A stretch of 64,000 bases of DNA from a virus: IMG/VR virus record IMGVR_UViG_3300045988_108377, positions 1 to 64,000 of that record; one strand, written 5' to 3'. Shown one piece after another: positions 1 through 8,303 of the stretch (positions are counted from its first letter, which is position 1; the number at the start of each line of letters is the position of its first letter). The notes below the pieces were generated by a model. It saw only the letters and a list, made by a program, of their open reading frames with translations. It did no database searches and was not told where the DNA came from. The translations under genes and the position numbers were made by a program.

Positions 1-322
1 TGTTCTGCGCATAAAGAAGAACTCTTGCAACAAGAGGAAGCTCGTTAAACTTCTCAGAGCGAATAAAGGTATCACCCTTTTTAAATTTATCAACTTCACT
101 TTCAAACTCCAGTTTCATTCTGTCCAAGAATGTCTCTGCTAACTTATAAGACTCATCAAACACACTCTTAGGAGACCAAGACTTATATCCGTCCTTGTAC
201 TCTACCAGGTAGCCATCTTCCTCAACGGTTGCTGGCTTAATTTTTCTACCAAGCACTTTCTGTGCTTCTGTCATGGTCATAGGCTCTGCCATAATGACCT
301 TTGTTCCAATATACTTTTTCAT
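1..322 (-). CDS. hypothetical phage protein (first 107 codons; 3' end runs off the left window edge)
   Basis: Absent from the ORF track because it is truncated. ATG at 320-322 (minus), frame open to position 1: MKKYIGTKVIMAEPMTMTEAQKVLGRKIKPATVEEDGYLVEYKDGYKSWSPKSVFDESYKLAETFLDRMKLEFESEVDKF... Co-oriented and closely spaced with the next ORF. Confidence 0.5.
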   Translation of the reverse strand, partial: MKKYIGTKVIMAEPMTMTEAQKVLGRKIKPATVEEDGYLVEYKDGYKSWSPKSVFDESYKLAETFLDRMKLEFESEVDKFKKGDTFIRSEKFNELPLVARVLLYAQN

Positions 323-357
323 ATTACTTATATTTATATCCCATAATGAATGGTTAG

Positions 358-999
358 TTACTTAATTCCGTATGCACCTGGCAGCTTCTTGATAATGTCG
401 CCACCGTAAGAATCTTTAGTTAATTCAACAAACTCACGAACAGAGGTCTTATCATCGAGAGACAAACCTTTATCTGATACGAAAGACTCTCTACCCATTC
501 GACAAGAACCTGTCAGAACGTGATGATAAGCAAACAAGTCTCTGTTGTCATACTTAGAGTCGTAGTCAGGGAACTTCTTCTTGAAGGCTTCTATTCTCTC
601 TTCCTCCGTACTATCATCATATAGCTTTTCCTGAAGAGAAGTGAAGGCATCTCTAAGAGTATCACCGTGAGCAAACTTGTTATTCTCTTTAACAATATAA
701 CAAGGGATTGTTTGTAAATCTTTTTGCAAAATGAACCCTTGCGCTACGTTTGCTCGTACAGATATGATTATAGTAGGTGTATTGTCTATAATATAAATCA
801 TACTGCCGCTTACCTCCTTAATGCCATAGCCATATCCATAGCCATAGCCATCGCCATCGCCATTGCCATTGCCATCGCCAGAGCCATAGCCATAGCCATC
901 GCTATCGCTATCGCCATAGCCATCGCCATCGCCATCGCCATAGCTATAGCCTGCATCAATAGCTAAGAACTTCTTAATCTTATTCTCTAACGTCTCCAT
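358..999 (-). CDS. hypothetical protein with N-terminal Gly-Asp/Gly-Tyr dipeptide-repeat region
   Basis: ATG at 997-999, 213 aa. Residues ~20-60 are GDGDGDGYGDSDSDGYGYGSGDGNGNGDGDGYGYGYGYG, encoded by a hexanucleotide array. The C-terminal ~150 aa have ordinary composition. No family recognised. Confidence 0.6.
   Translation of the reverse strand: METLENKIKKFLAIDAGYSYGDGDGDGYGDSDSDGYGYGSGDGNGNGDGDGYGYGYGYGIKEVSGSMIYIIDNTPTIIISVRANVAQGFILQKDLQTIPCYIVKENNKFAHGDTLRDAFTSLQEKLYDDSTEEERIEAFKKKFPDYDSKYDNRDLFAYHHVLTGSCRMGRESFVSDKGLSLDDKTSVREFVELTKDSYGGDIIKKLPGAYGIK
823..951. repeat. in-frame hexanucleotide tandem array (GCCATN)n, about 21 units
   Basis: Plus strand reads gccatagccatatccatagccatagccatcgccatcgccattgccattgccatcgcc...gccatcgccatagctatagcc. 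It lies inside CDS 358..999 and encodes (G-D/Y/N/S)n. Confidence 0.9.
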
Positions 1000-1283
1000 A
1001 CGCTAACCTCCTCGATTGATTTGATAGCCCTGTCAGTGCAAGGGATAATCTCAATAGCATCCAAGATTGTAATGCTATCAACCGTTACTGTGAATTTGCA
1101 GCTTGCTGGATTTGATGTACCGTCTTTTGCCAACTGAGACAATGACGCTGCACCGCTCCAATACCAGATACGGCGTGCATTCTTCAATGTTACCTCACTG
1201 CCATTCTGAGCTACAAGTTCTCCAAACTCAACTCCGCTTCTGTTTCCACGGATGATTACTTTCTTTCCGATGTTTGTATTCAT
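987..1283 (-). CDS. hypothetical protein
   Basis: ATG at 1281-1283, 98 aa, 13-nt overlap with the downstream ORF. Contains RRIWYWSGAASLSQLAKDG. No family assigned. Confidence 0.6.
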   Translation of the reverse strand: MNTNIGKKVIIRGNRSGVEFGELVAQNGSEVTLKNARRIWYWSGAASLSQLAKDGTSNPASCKFTVTVDSITILDAIEIIPCTDRAIKSIEEVSVWRR

Positions 1284-1340
1284 TTCAATTAAAGTTTTAA
1301 TTAAATTTATTACTATTTTTATCCTTTTCAGAGTGGGTTA

Positions 1341-1553
1341 TTAAAGTTCATCAAACTCTTTCCGAAATCTCTGTTCTGTTTCTGATACAAGTTGCGAGAA
1401 TTTAGCGTTGAACTCTTTGTCGCATTTGAGCAAAACATCAAGACACTCTCCAAGTGTTATCTTACCAGCAGTTTCTGGCATTGTTAGCCTTTCCGCTTTT
1501 GGAATTAAACTTTTAGCTAAAAGATTAGCACGTTCTAATTGTTCTTTATTCAT
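1341..1553 (-). CDS. hypothetical protein
   Basis: ATG at 1551-1553, 70 aa, helical/charged. Preceded by the conserved UUCG-hairpin junction at 1568-1585. Confidence 0.55.
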   Translation of the reverse strand: MNKEQLERANLLAKSLIPKAERLTMPETAGKITLGECLDVLLKCDKEFNAKFSQLVSETEQRFRKEFDEL

Positions 1554-1581
1554 TGTTATTCTATTTTATGCCCGAAGGCGG

Positions 1582-2082
1582 TTAATATTTTCTGATTATT
1601 TCAACTTTCCACTCTTTAGAAGAGAGCTTCTTTTTGAAGTTTTTAATTAAGTCTTCAAGCTCTTCGAGAGATTCAAAGGCATTAACCAAATCTCCAACTT
1701 GACTCCATTTACCCCATCTACCTGGGTGTTCGTCTATCTCCTTTTGAGTGAGTGGTCTGACAAACTCCCCTTTGATAGTTTCGTATTCATCTGGAATTTC
1801 AATTCCTCCTAAATATCCTCCTACAGAACTATTGCCACACACATTGTTTATATAAATATACAATTTTGCATAGTAATGTATTGCGCCACCGCAAAGACCA
1901 CGAAAAGAACGAATTTCGATATTCATGAGTCTTTTTTTGTCTTTAGTATAGCTACCCGTAGTTGTATATGTTTTACCAGAGAGATTAAACTGAAATCCTT
2001 CTCCGATATTCTGAGGAATAACCCCAGTTATCTTAGATATATCAAATCCCTTTTCTATTCGTAAATAGCTGTTTGTATTCAT
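1582..2082 (-). CDS. hypothetical protein
   Basis: ATG at 2080-2082 preceded by AAGCGT, 166 aa. No motif recognised. Confidence 0.6.
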   Translation of the reverse strand: MNTNSYLRIEKGFDISKITGVIPQNIGEGFQFNLSGKTYTTTGSYTKDKKRLMNIEIRSFRGLCGGAIHYYAKLYIYINNVCGNSSVGGYLGGIEIPDEYETIKGEFVRPLTQKEIDEHPGRWGKWSQVGDLVNAFESLEELEDLIKNFKKKLSSKEWKVEIIRKY

Positions 2083-2111
2083 ACGCTTTTTCTTCTAATG
2101 CCCGAAGGTGG

Positions 2112-2264
2112 TTAAACTTTACTTTCATAATTTTTACATCCCATATCATCCCCAAATCCCAAAGTTATATGTCCTTTGAGTTTGCAGTCCATATTTCCTG
2201 TGCTATAATAATAACGTTTTAGATACTTGCACCCAAAACAACCTAAACTGTTTCTGTATGCCAT
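2112..2264 (-). CDS. small Cys-rich protein (50 aa), possible zinc-binding
   Basis: Below the ORF-track cutoff. ATG at 2262-2264, TAA at 2112-2114: MAYRNSLGCFGCKYLKRYYYSTGNMDCKLKGHITLGFGDDMGCKNYESKV. It fills the gap between flanking ORFs on the same strand. Confidence 0.45.
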   Translation of the reverse strand: MAYRNSLGCFGCKYLKRYYYSTGNMDCKLKGHITLGFGDDMGCKNYESKV

Positions 2265-2266
2265 AC

Positions 2267-2641
2267 CTACACCTCCATTTCGTGATTAATTCCAAGACCG
2301 AAGAGAATGTGCTGGAGTTGATACACGGTAGTTATACTTTTATCGTGGTCTCCCCAATGGAAATACACCTCTTTCTCTGAACGTATATTCAAAGTAGGGT
2401 AGCCTTTACGTTTAAAGCAATAATCTCTGCTATAAGGACGTTTGAATTTCTTCCATCCATTCTTCTCGAGAATCTCTGGAGTAATCCTTATTGGCCTTAT
2501 CTCATCAATACCAACAAAGCAGTACACAAATCCTTCTTTATGGCAAGACAAGTCAAAGTGACTTCCGTCTCTTGGCTCTTTGACAACCATCACTTTGTTG
2601 TCATACTCAACAATATTACCAACTATATATTTCTGTGTCAT
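2267..2641 (-). CDS. hypothetical protein, paralog of 2646..3173
   Basis: 124 aa. Shares PEILEKNGWKK and C-terminal LQHILFGLGI with the neighbour's PAILEKNGWNK and LQHLLYALHI. Confidence 0.65.
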   Translation of the reverse strand: MTQKYIVGNIVEYDNKVMVVKEPRDGSHFDLSCHKEGFVYCFVGIDEIRPIRITPEILEKNGWKKFKRPYSRDYCFKRKGYPTLNIRSEKEVYFHWGDHDKSITTVYQLQHILFGLGINHEMEV

Positions 2642-2645
2642 ATCA

Positions 2646-3173
2646 TTATATTTTTAAGTTACTATCTATATGCAAGGCATATAATAAATGTTGGAGTTCG
2701 TGAACATAGGTAAACTCAAAACTAAAATAGTGATTACATTCATTTATATAGTTCCAATCTCTAAGATTTTCACATTGACTGATTTGTAAGTCACCATAAG
2801 TCATTCTATCAAGCTCATCCCATTTGTCATCTAATTCCTTGGAAAACTGATAGCCACGCTCTTCGCTGCCAGCGTAAAACCAGCTTATGGATTTATTCCA
2901 TCCATTCTTCTCCAAAATTGCGGGCACAAGATTAATAGGAACAATATCCTTAACCCAAGCACAGCAGTCACTTAAGAGATAGCCTTTATCTCCAAATTCC
3001 GCACCTTCGATATTCTCTAAGCAGACAACACCTTTCAGAACTGTTCCATCGTCTAACTTCAAAGTTCTTGATGGGTCTGATGATGTTACTCTGTAAACGA
3101 CATCTTTTGCAGTACCTAAAGGTACTCCGTTTGTCATCACCAAATCTCCTGGAATGTATTCTAACTTATCCAT
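2646..3173 (-). CDS. hypothetical protein, paralog of 2267..2641
   Basis: 175 aa, ATG at 3171-3173 preceded by TAAAGCGT. Shares the ILEKNGW and LQHLL motifs with the downstream ORF. Confidence 0.65.
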   Translation of the reverse strand: MDKLEYIPGDLVMTNGVPLGTAKDVVYRVTSSDPSRTLKLDDGTVLKGVVCLENIEGAEFGDKGYLLSDCCAWVKDIVPINLVPAILEKNGWNKSISWFYAGSEERGYQFSKELDDKWDELDRMTYGDLQISQCENLRDWNYINECNHYFSFEFTYVHELQHLLYALHIDSNLKI

Positions 3174-3178
3174 ACGCT

Positions 3179-3721
3179 TTAATCTTTGCTATTAATGAAA
3201 TCCTCATACTCTCCAATCGTGATTTCCACAAAGTCTGGATTTTGCTTTTCAGCTCTGATGCTACCATCAAAGTAAACGAAAATGCGGTCTTTATGACGTA
3301 AAAGTTGTGTGATGGAAAATCGTCTGGTGTTCGGAACTTCTATATTCAGTTCCTTCAATACCTTGAAATGATGGGTAAAGGACTTATATGATGTAAGTAC
3401 TGCGGCTATTGCCTTACCTTGCTTACATCGCTTATTAGGCGCAATAGCTACATAATAGCCATCTTCCAGCTTTTCACCATCTACCTTCTTCCATACCTTC
3501 TTATCAAGTTTTTCGTATCGCTCGGAAGAAACCCATATAGCAGTAACCTCATACATCCTATTTATGGTGCGGTTAGGCTGATAACCGTGATATTTTTCAA
3601 CCTCAAAGCCTACAGCTTCTTCTACTCGTTTCATGTAGGCTTGATACTCTTCAAATTCAGCATCGAGAATACTCTTAATGTATTCATAAGCCTTTGTCCC
3701 TTGTTTTGCTTCGTACAACAT
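3179..3721 (-). CDS. hypothetical protein
   Basis: 180 aa, ATG at 3719-3721 preceded by GTAAAGCGT. No motif recognised. Confidence 0.6.
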   Translation of the reverse strand: MLYEAKQGTKAYEYIKSILDAEFEEYQAYMKRVEEAVGFEVEKYHGYQPNRTINRMYEVTAIWVSSERYEKLDKKVWKKVDGEKLEDGYYVAIAPNKRCKQGKAIAAVLTSYKSFTHHFKVLKELNIEVPNTRRFSITQLLRHKDRIFVYFDGSIRAEKQNPDFVEITIGEYEDFINSKD

Positions 3722-3726
3722 ACGCT

Positions 3727-3933
3727 TTACTTTTTATAGTTGCTATTCTCCTTATACCCACCACTTACAAGCCATTGACCAAATTGTTCAAGACTTTCTA
3801 TGTTATATATAAGACTCCATTTGTCACCTATATCATCAGTTGTATAAGCAATAAAAGTCTTATGTGTGAGCACATTCCAACAGATTTCCAATCTGTGTAA
3901 AATGGTTTTTATAAAATTATATCTTGCTGCCAT
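3727..3933 (-). CDS. hypothetical protein
   Basis: 68 aa, ATG at 3931-3933 preceded by GTAAAGCGT, the same junction as its neighbours. Confidence 0.5.
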   Translation of the reverse strand: MAARYNFIKTILHRLEICWNVLTHKTFIAYTTDDIGDKWSLIYNIESLEQFGQWLVSGGYKENSNYKK

Positions 3934-3946
3934 ACGCTTTACTTTT

Positions 3947-4297
3947 CTAAAGATGTATATATTCGTTCACTTCACCCAAAACCTTTGTAAGCAGTCTTTT
4001 TAGGATTTTCAATTCATCATTTGAATATGTAGCTATTGGATAACCATCAAGAGTAGTATCACCAGAGTTACGGCTTATCTTTAATGAATATTTGTCCTCT
4101 TTCATTTTTCTTTTTTGAACCTTAACTTCTTTAAAGATTACACCCTTTCCGTCAGAACGGTTAAACTTACAACATCTATGCTTGCACATGCACGTATAAC
4201 CTCCTTCTTGTATATCAAAGAAACAACCTTCGCAATTATTACGTTCCACAGCTTCAAGAGTAATGGTTACTCTTTCTCCAACTTTAAGTTCTTTCAT
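3947..4297 (-). CDS. hypothetical Cys-rich protein
   Basis: 116 aa, ATG at 4295-4297. Cys cluster NNCEGCFFDIQEGGYTCMCKHRCC. Confidence 0.55.
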   Translation of the reverse strand: MKELKVGERVTITLEAVERNNCEGCFFDIQEGGYTCMCKHRCCKFNRSDGKGVIFKEVKVQKRKMKEDKYSLKISRNSGDTTLDGYPIATYSNDELKILKRLLTKVLGEVNEYIHL

Positions 4298-4431
4298 TTT
4301 CTTCCTCTCTTTCTATTTAAAAGTTTCTGCCCATACTCCTTTGGAGAAGTCGTATTAACGACAACCTTTTGCATTGATTCTCTTGGCAACCTTTGATAAA
4401 GGTAATAACCATCTTTATCACGATACATCAT
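4294..4431 (-). CDS. small basic protein (45 aa)
   Basis: Below the track cutoff: MMYRDKDGYYLYQRLPRESMQKVVVNTTSPKEYGQKLLNRKRGRK. ATGA overlaps at both ends (4428-4431 and 4294-4297) indicate translational coupling. Confidence 0.5.
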   Translation of the reverse strand: MMYRDKDGYYLYQRLPRESMQKVVVNTTSPKEYGQKLLNRKRGRK

Positions 4432-4655
4432 TGCTTAAATCCTTTCTTTTTAGGAACATACTCATCTAACTCATCGTCAAACTCATAGCAGTCTGGGCAG
4501 TAGTGCTTATCGCCTATCTCTTTCCATTCGCTCTCCATTGCTTGCTCTTTTGCAGTTCCTTCGTCCAACCAAGCCACAATGCCATTAAACTCATCAATGA
4601 ATGTCTTTCCGCATCTATCACATATTACAGAATACATAGTAACTGGCTTAATCAT
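4428..4655 (-). CDS. zinc-ribbon protein (CxxC...CxxC)
   Basis: The track ORF 4428..4688 begins with TTG. I prefer the ATG at 4653-4655, which is preceded by GGAAGGAGGTAATC. MIKPVTMYSVICDRCGK...HYCPDCYEF. Confidence 0.6.
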   Translation of the reverse strand: MIKPVTMYSVICDRCGKTFIDEFNGIVAWLDEGTAKEQAMESEWKEIGDKHYCPDCYEFDDELDEYVPKKKGFKQ

Positions 4656-5001
4656 GATTACCTCCTTCCTTTGGGAACAAATTGTCAATATAAAGCCATC
4701 CCTTAAAATTTCTTTTAAAATCTTTAGGACTCATATCATCACATACCCATCCTTCTGGATTACGGAAATATACACATAATTTTGTACTTCCATTTTTGAA
4801 CTTAACCAAACATGTAACGCAACATTCTCCTTGCTTAATGTTTGGCTTTTCGCTAACAGGATGCCACAAATCCTTTAAAGCTCGATTATATCCACGTCTA
4901 AAACCATACTCGAAGAAGCATCTATCATTATCAGATAAACTATCGTAGTATTCTTTATCGTCAAGTCGTGCAGCAACTTCTATATTCTTATCGTCTATCA
5001 T
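4648..5001 (-). CDS. hypothetical protein
   Basis: The 5' part of track ORF 4648..5103 is AT-rich and overlaps another better ORF. I prefer the ATG at 4999-5001 (MIDDKNIEVAARLDD...). Confidence 0.55.
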   Translation of the reverse strand: MIDDKNIEVAARLDDKEYYDSLSDNDRCFFEYGFRRGYNRALKDLWHPVSEKPNIKQGECCVTCLVKFKNGSTKLCVYFRNPEGWVCDDMSPKDFKRNFKGWLYIDNLFPKEGGNHD

Positions 5002-5029
5002 AACTATTGTTGTATTAAAAATATAAATA

Positions 5030-5161
5030 TTAACGTTCAAGAAAACTAAGTAAAACAGCATGTTCTTTATATGCGAAAGAATCAGTTCTTCCCATTCTCT
5101 CAAAGCGTTTTATTTGCCTTTTACAATGCTCTATAAGTTCTTTTTTAAAAGCTTCGTCCAT
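5030..5161 (-). CDS. small protein (43 aa)
   Basis: Below the track cutoff. ATG at 5159-5161, 3 nt after the stop of the upstream gene: MDEAFKKELIEHCKRQIKRFERMGRTDSFAYKEHAVLLSFLER. TAA at 5030-5032. Confidence 0.45.
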   Translation of the reverse strand: MDEAFKKELIEHCKRQIKRFERMGRTDSFAYKEHAVLLSFLER

Positions 5162-5164
5162 ATC

Positions 5165-6148
5165 TTAAACCTCCACATCTTTAGTTGTACCAATTAGCTT
5201 TGCTGTCTCCTCATTGTAAGGAATACAATGATGATAACCACTTATACAGCCAATAGTAACATATTTACCATGCCGGTCAATATGACTGAAAATATTAGCA
5301 GTCCATATAGCATCGTCAGACAGTCTTGTTATCACTCTATCAAATGGCTTTGGAGTCCACTTTGGCTTCAAATCTACAACGGCTTTCTTCTCAGCATCCC
5401 ACGCTTTACCATCCTTTGAGAGATCTTCAAAAAGAATTATTTGTTGAGTCTCTGTAATAGGCTGTATATGCTTGTCTTCAAATGATAACCAATCTCCAAA
5501 TTTCAAGATGCTCATATCATTTAACACATAGTATTCCAGCTTCTTAGATGAATAGTCTATGCTTTTGACTATACCATAAGCAAGATACCCCATGCCCGAG
5601 ATGCAAACTATATCTCCATCCTTGAACTCTGACTGCTTTTCAATCTCCAAAGTTTCAAGATTGAGCTTGCCACCCAATTTTTCCTCGATGGTATTGATGT
5701 AAGTCTGAGCAACTTCTTTGTTATCTTCAATATGATAGTTTTGTGTATTCTGCGTACCCAAACAAGATATATGTCTCTTTTTACTTACACTAATCCAGTG
5801 TTTACCTTCAAATGTAGTATAATCATCTTTTGAAAAACCCTTAAAGATTATATGGCTGTCGCTATCATTGCTTACCAAGACATCGCCTTTCTTCCAGGCG
5901 AACTTAGACCAATCTCGCATTTCCTTTGATGGAAAAACGACACATTCTCCATCATCATACAATTTTCCATTTTTATCAAGATACCCTTCTCCAACATTCA
6001 TAAAACCAAACTTTGAATTATAGAAGGATATTTTGAAACTTTTATCATCTGCTTCTTCTAACGTGCATTTACCACAAGCGGAAGAATACAACTTAGTTCC
6101 TTGCGGTTTATCCTTTAGTATCTCTGCTATGTTAATCTTTGCTTCCAT
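5165..6148 (-). CDS. hypothetical protein with N-terminal KPQGTKL motif
   Basis: The track start at 6175 is TTG. The ATG at 6146-6148 follows the upstream stop by 2 nt. MEAKINIAEILKDKPQGTKLYS... resembles the N-terminus of 45988..46170. Confidence 0.6.
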   Translation of the reverse strand: MEAKINIAEILKDKPQGTKLYSSACGKCTLEEADDKSFKISFYNSKFGFMNVGEGYLDKNGKLYDDGECVVFPSKEMRDWSKFAWKKGDVLVSNDSDSHIIFKGFSKDDYTTFEGKHWISVSKKRHISCLGTQNTQNYHIEDNKEVAQTYINTIEEKLGGKLNLETLEIEKQSEFKDGDIVCISGMGYLAYGIVKSIDYSSKKLEYYVLNDMSILKFGDWLSFEDKHIQPITETQQIILFEDLSKDGKAWDAEKKAVVDLKPKWTPKPFDRVITRLSDDAIWTANIFSHIDRHGKYVTIGCISGYHHCIPYNEETAKLIGTTKDVEV

Positions 6149-6150
6149 AA

Positions 6151-6441
6151 CTAAACCAATTTTTGCGTTAAACAATACTGGTAGTAACTCCTACTACCAA
6201 CGTTTTTTGATATTTTTGGAGGTTCACCATCATAAGGAGTGACTTTCAAGTCATCAATGAAATCTGCATTCTCAGTTGACATCTCGGTATCATGCTCATT
6301 CATATATACTTTCTGTGCTGTTGTAACATGGCTTCCTGCTCTTAATTTACCGAGTGAACGCCAAACCTGCTTGCGATGGATAAACAGTCCATACAAAGGA
6401 ATTGTCTTTATTTCTACTTTTGTTCCCATAACCTTAACCAT
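6151..6441 (-). CDS. hypothetical protein
   Basis: 96 aa, ATG at 6439-6441, abuts the upstream ORF. Confidence 0.5.
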   Translation of the reverse strand: MVKVMGTKVEIKTIPLYGLFIHRKQVWRSLGKLRAGSHVTTAQKVYMNEHDTEMSTENADFIDDLKVTPYDGEPPKISKNVGSRSYYQYCLTQKLV

Positions 6442-6642
6442 TTAAAGATGATAATAACTACTTGATACCTTTGCACTCCAATCGAAGCAGCCCACGGCAT
6501 CCGGCTTTAAGAAGCGTTTCTCTAACTTCTCCAAAGCAACTTTATACTTCTGCTCCATGTGCTTGCAATGAAGTCTCTGAGCTAATTTAAGTTGCTCGAC
6601 AATGCCCTTGCGTGCAACTCTATATTGTTTTTCCGACATCAT
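6442..6642 (-). CDS. hypothetical protein
   Basis: 66 aa, ATG at 6640-6642, helical/basic. Confidence 0.5.
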   Translation of the reverse strand: MMSEKQYRVARKGIVEQLKLAQRLHCKHMEQKYKVALEKLEKRFLKPDAVGCFDWSAKVSSSYYHL

Positions 6643-6657
6643 AACTTTTATTGGAAT

Positions 6658-7056
6658 TTAATTATACCTATAATTGATGTAGGCTGATTCCGAACCGAAT
6701 ATTCGTTCCGTCTCATTCATTCCGGAATCCCTTATCTCGTCAATGACGACACTTCTGCAGGGCGCACATTCCTTCTTGATTAACTTACTTATATTTTCAA
6801 ATCTATAAGAAAGGTCGTTCTGATCGTAATCGTAAACATTGACCTTTTCGCAATAATATTCATTGTTCTTTACACCTACGACTATCTCTATAATCTTTGT
6901 TGCCATTTCGTATGTGTAAATAAAGCTATAAGCATTCTCCTCAATGGCCATTTCGAATGCGCCTTTAGCTATATCATTGATTAATTCCCTTCTATTTACT
7001 TTATAATCTTCTATAATCTTGAATTTAAAAGTGAATGTTATATTTATTATTTGCAC
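6658..7056 (-). CDS. hypothetical protein (start uncertain)
   Basis: First ORF behind cassette A. The position that is ATG in all other cassettes is ATA here (7012-7014). The track start is a GTG inside the conserved GCAAATAATAA leader. The next in-frame ATG is 36 codons in. Confidence 0.45.
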   Translation of the reverse strand: MQIINITFTFKFKIIEDYKVNRRELINDIAKGAFEMAIEENAYSFIYTYEMATKIIEIVVGVKNNEYYCEKVNVYDYDQNDLSYRFENISKLIKKECAPCRSVVIDEIRDSGMNETERIFGSESAYINYRYN

Positions 7057-7122
7057 TACAAAGATACAAACAATTTGTCAAATATGCAAGTTTTTAGGTG
7101 TATTTCTTATCAAAAATACACA
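7015..7122 (-). promoter_or_regulatory. promoter-leader cassette, copy A
   Basis: Minus sense: ...TTTGATAAGAAATACACCTAAAAACTTGCATATTTGACAAATTGTTTGTATCTTTGTAGTGCAAATAATAAATATAACATTCACTTTTAAATTCAAGATTAT. The -7 box TATCTTTG is at 7059-7066. Near-identical to 10 other copies. Confidence 0.75.
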
Positions 7123-7255
7123 AAATATTTTCAAATAAGCAATTCATATACGTACTTTTGATAGGAATACCTTATTATATACAAAAAACATCTTTATCAG
7201 AAAATGTTTTTCTACATTTGCAGTATCATTTATTCACATAAAAAAACTAACAATT

Positions 7256-7420
7256 ATGACATCAGGGAAATTATTTAATGGTTGCTTGATAGTGCTGGGA
7301 ATATTCGTTGCCATCGTGTTTGGACTTGGCTACGCATTCTCTGGTAGCGAATCTTCCACTACAGAAGAACTCTTTCGTATGAATGCCAGGGTTCAGTTCA
7401 AAAAGACGGAACAATTATAG
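7256..7420 (+). CDS. small membrane protein (54 aa), divergent from the early genes
   Basis: Below the track cutoff: MTSGKLFNGCLIVLGIFVAIVFGLGYAFSGSESSTTEELFRMNARVQFKKTEQL. One TM helix. A plus-strand TACATTTG (-7 consensus) lies at 7213-7220. Confidence 0.35.
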   Translation: MTSGKLFNGCLIVLGIFVAIVFGLGYAFSGSESSTTEELFRMNARVQFKKTEQL

Positions 7421-7562
7421 TTGCTAACAAATACACTACTCGGTCATTTCAATTCCATAAAGGTACGATAAGAACGAAACTTACACATTTTACCCAAATG
7501 ATGGCGAGGTTTACAACAAGATATTGTCAGGCTTGTTACATCTTGACACAAACTAAAATTGC

Positions 7563-8297
7563 CTATTCTTCCGTTTCCTTGGCTATTCTTTCCTTGGCAA
7601 TCTTGAAAAACTTCTCGTTATTTTCGATACCGATGTACTTTCTGCCTAATCTATTGGCAGCTATTGCCGTTGTACCCGAACCTATGAAAGGGTCTATCAC
7701 CACTTCACCTTCCTTGCTTGAGAGGCTGATTATTCTATTGAAAATCTCCAAAGGCTTTTGGGTAGGGTGATACTTTGCTTTAAGATATGAACTTTTAATT
7801 ACCCGGCTATACATGGAGCTGTCTTCAAGTTTATTGAGGGCAGTTCCATTTTCATATATTCTCACAATGAACTCCACATTTTGAGCAAAGCGTTGCTTCG
7901 ATATGATGCATACCGGCTTTTCCCAAATCAATATGGCAAACTTGTATTTATGCGCCATCGCCCACTCGTAATAGTCTGCTATCTGTTCCTCCGAGCAAAA
8001 GATATATGCATTCATCTTCACCATGACACGAGGAACGAGGTCAAGCCATGCGTAGATGTCAGAACGTTGTAATCCATTCTTGATACGACACATTCCGCTA
8101 TTGTCTGTGTAATCGTATAGGGTAGACTTACACATATTATTCTTAACTTTCTTCGTTTCGCTATGAATGCCCTTTGTAAACCTATAAGGAGGGTCTGCAA
8201 TGAGTAAATGGCAGCAATAAGCTGGCAATTCGTCTAAAATCGCCTTGTTGTCTCCAAAAATGAGCTTGTTTTCTGTTATTTTATTGATGTACCTCAT
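7563..8297 (-). CDS. DNA amino-methyltransferase (N6-adenine or N4-cytosine), beta class
   Basis: 244 aa. Motif IV LLIADPPY lies N-terminal to motif I VIDPFIGSGTT, the beta-class order. DPPY favours m6A. Confidence 0.85.
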   Translation of the reverse strand: MRYINKITENKLIFGDNKAILDELPAYCCHLLIADPPYRFTKGIHSETKKVKNNMCKSTLYDYTDNSGMCRIKNGLQRSDIYAWLDLVPRVMVKMNAYIFCSEEQIADYYEWAMAHKYKFAILIWEKPVCIISKQRFAQNVEFIVRIYENGTALNKLEDSSMYSRVIKSSYLKAKYHPTQKPLEIFNRIISLSSKEGEVVIDPFIGSGTTAIAANRLGRKYIGIENNEKFFKIAKERIAKETEE

Positions 8298-8303
8298 GAT
8301 TTT

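Noticed and set aside
724-966. Plus-strand ORF encoding AIAIAIAI... repeats
   Set aside because: It is the antisense reading of the (GCCATN)n array inside the better-supported minus-strand gene 358..999. It also has a TTG start and no flanking signals.
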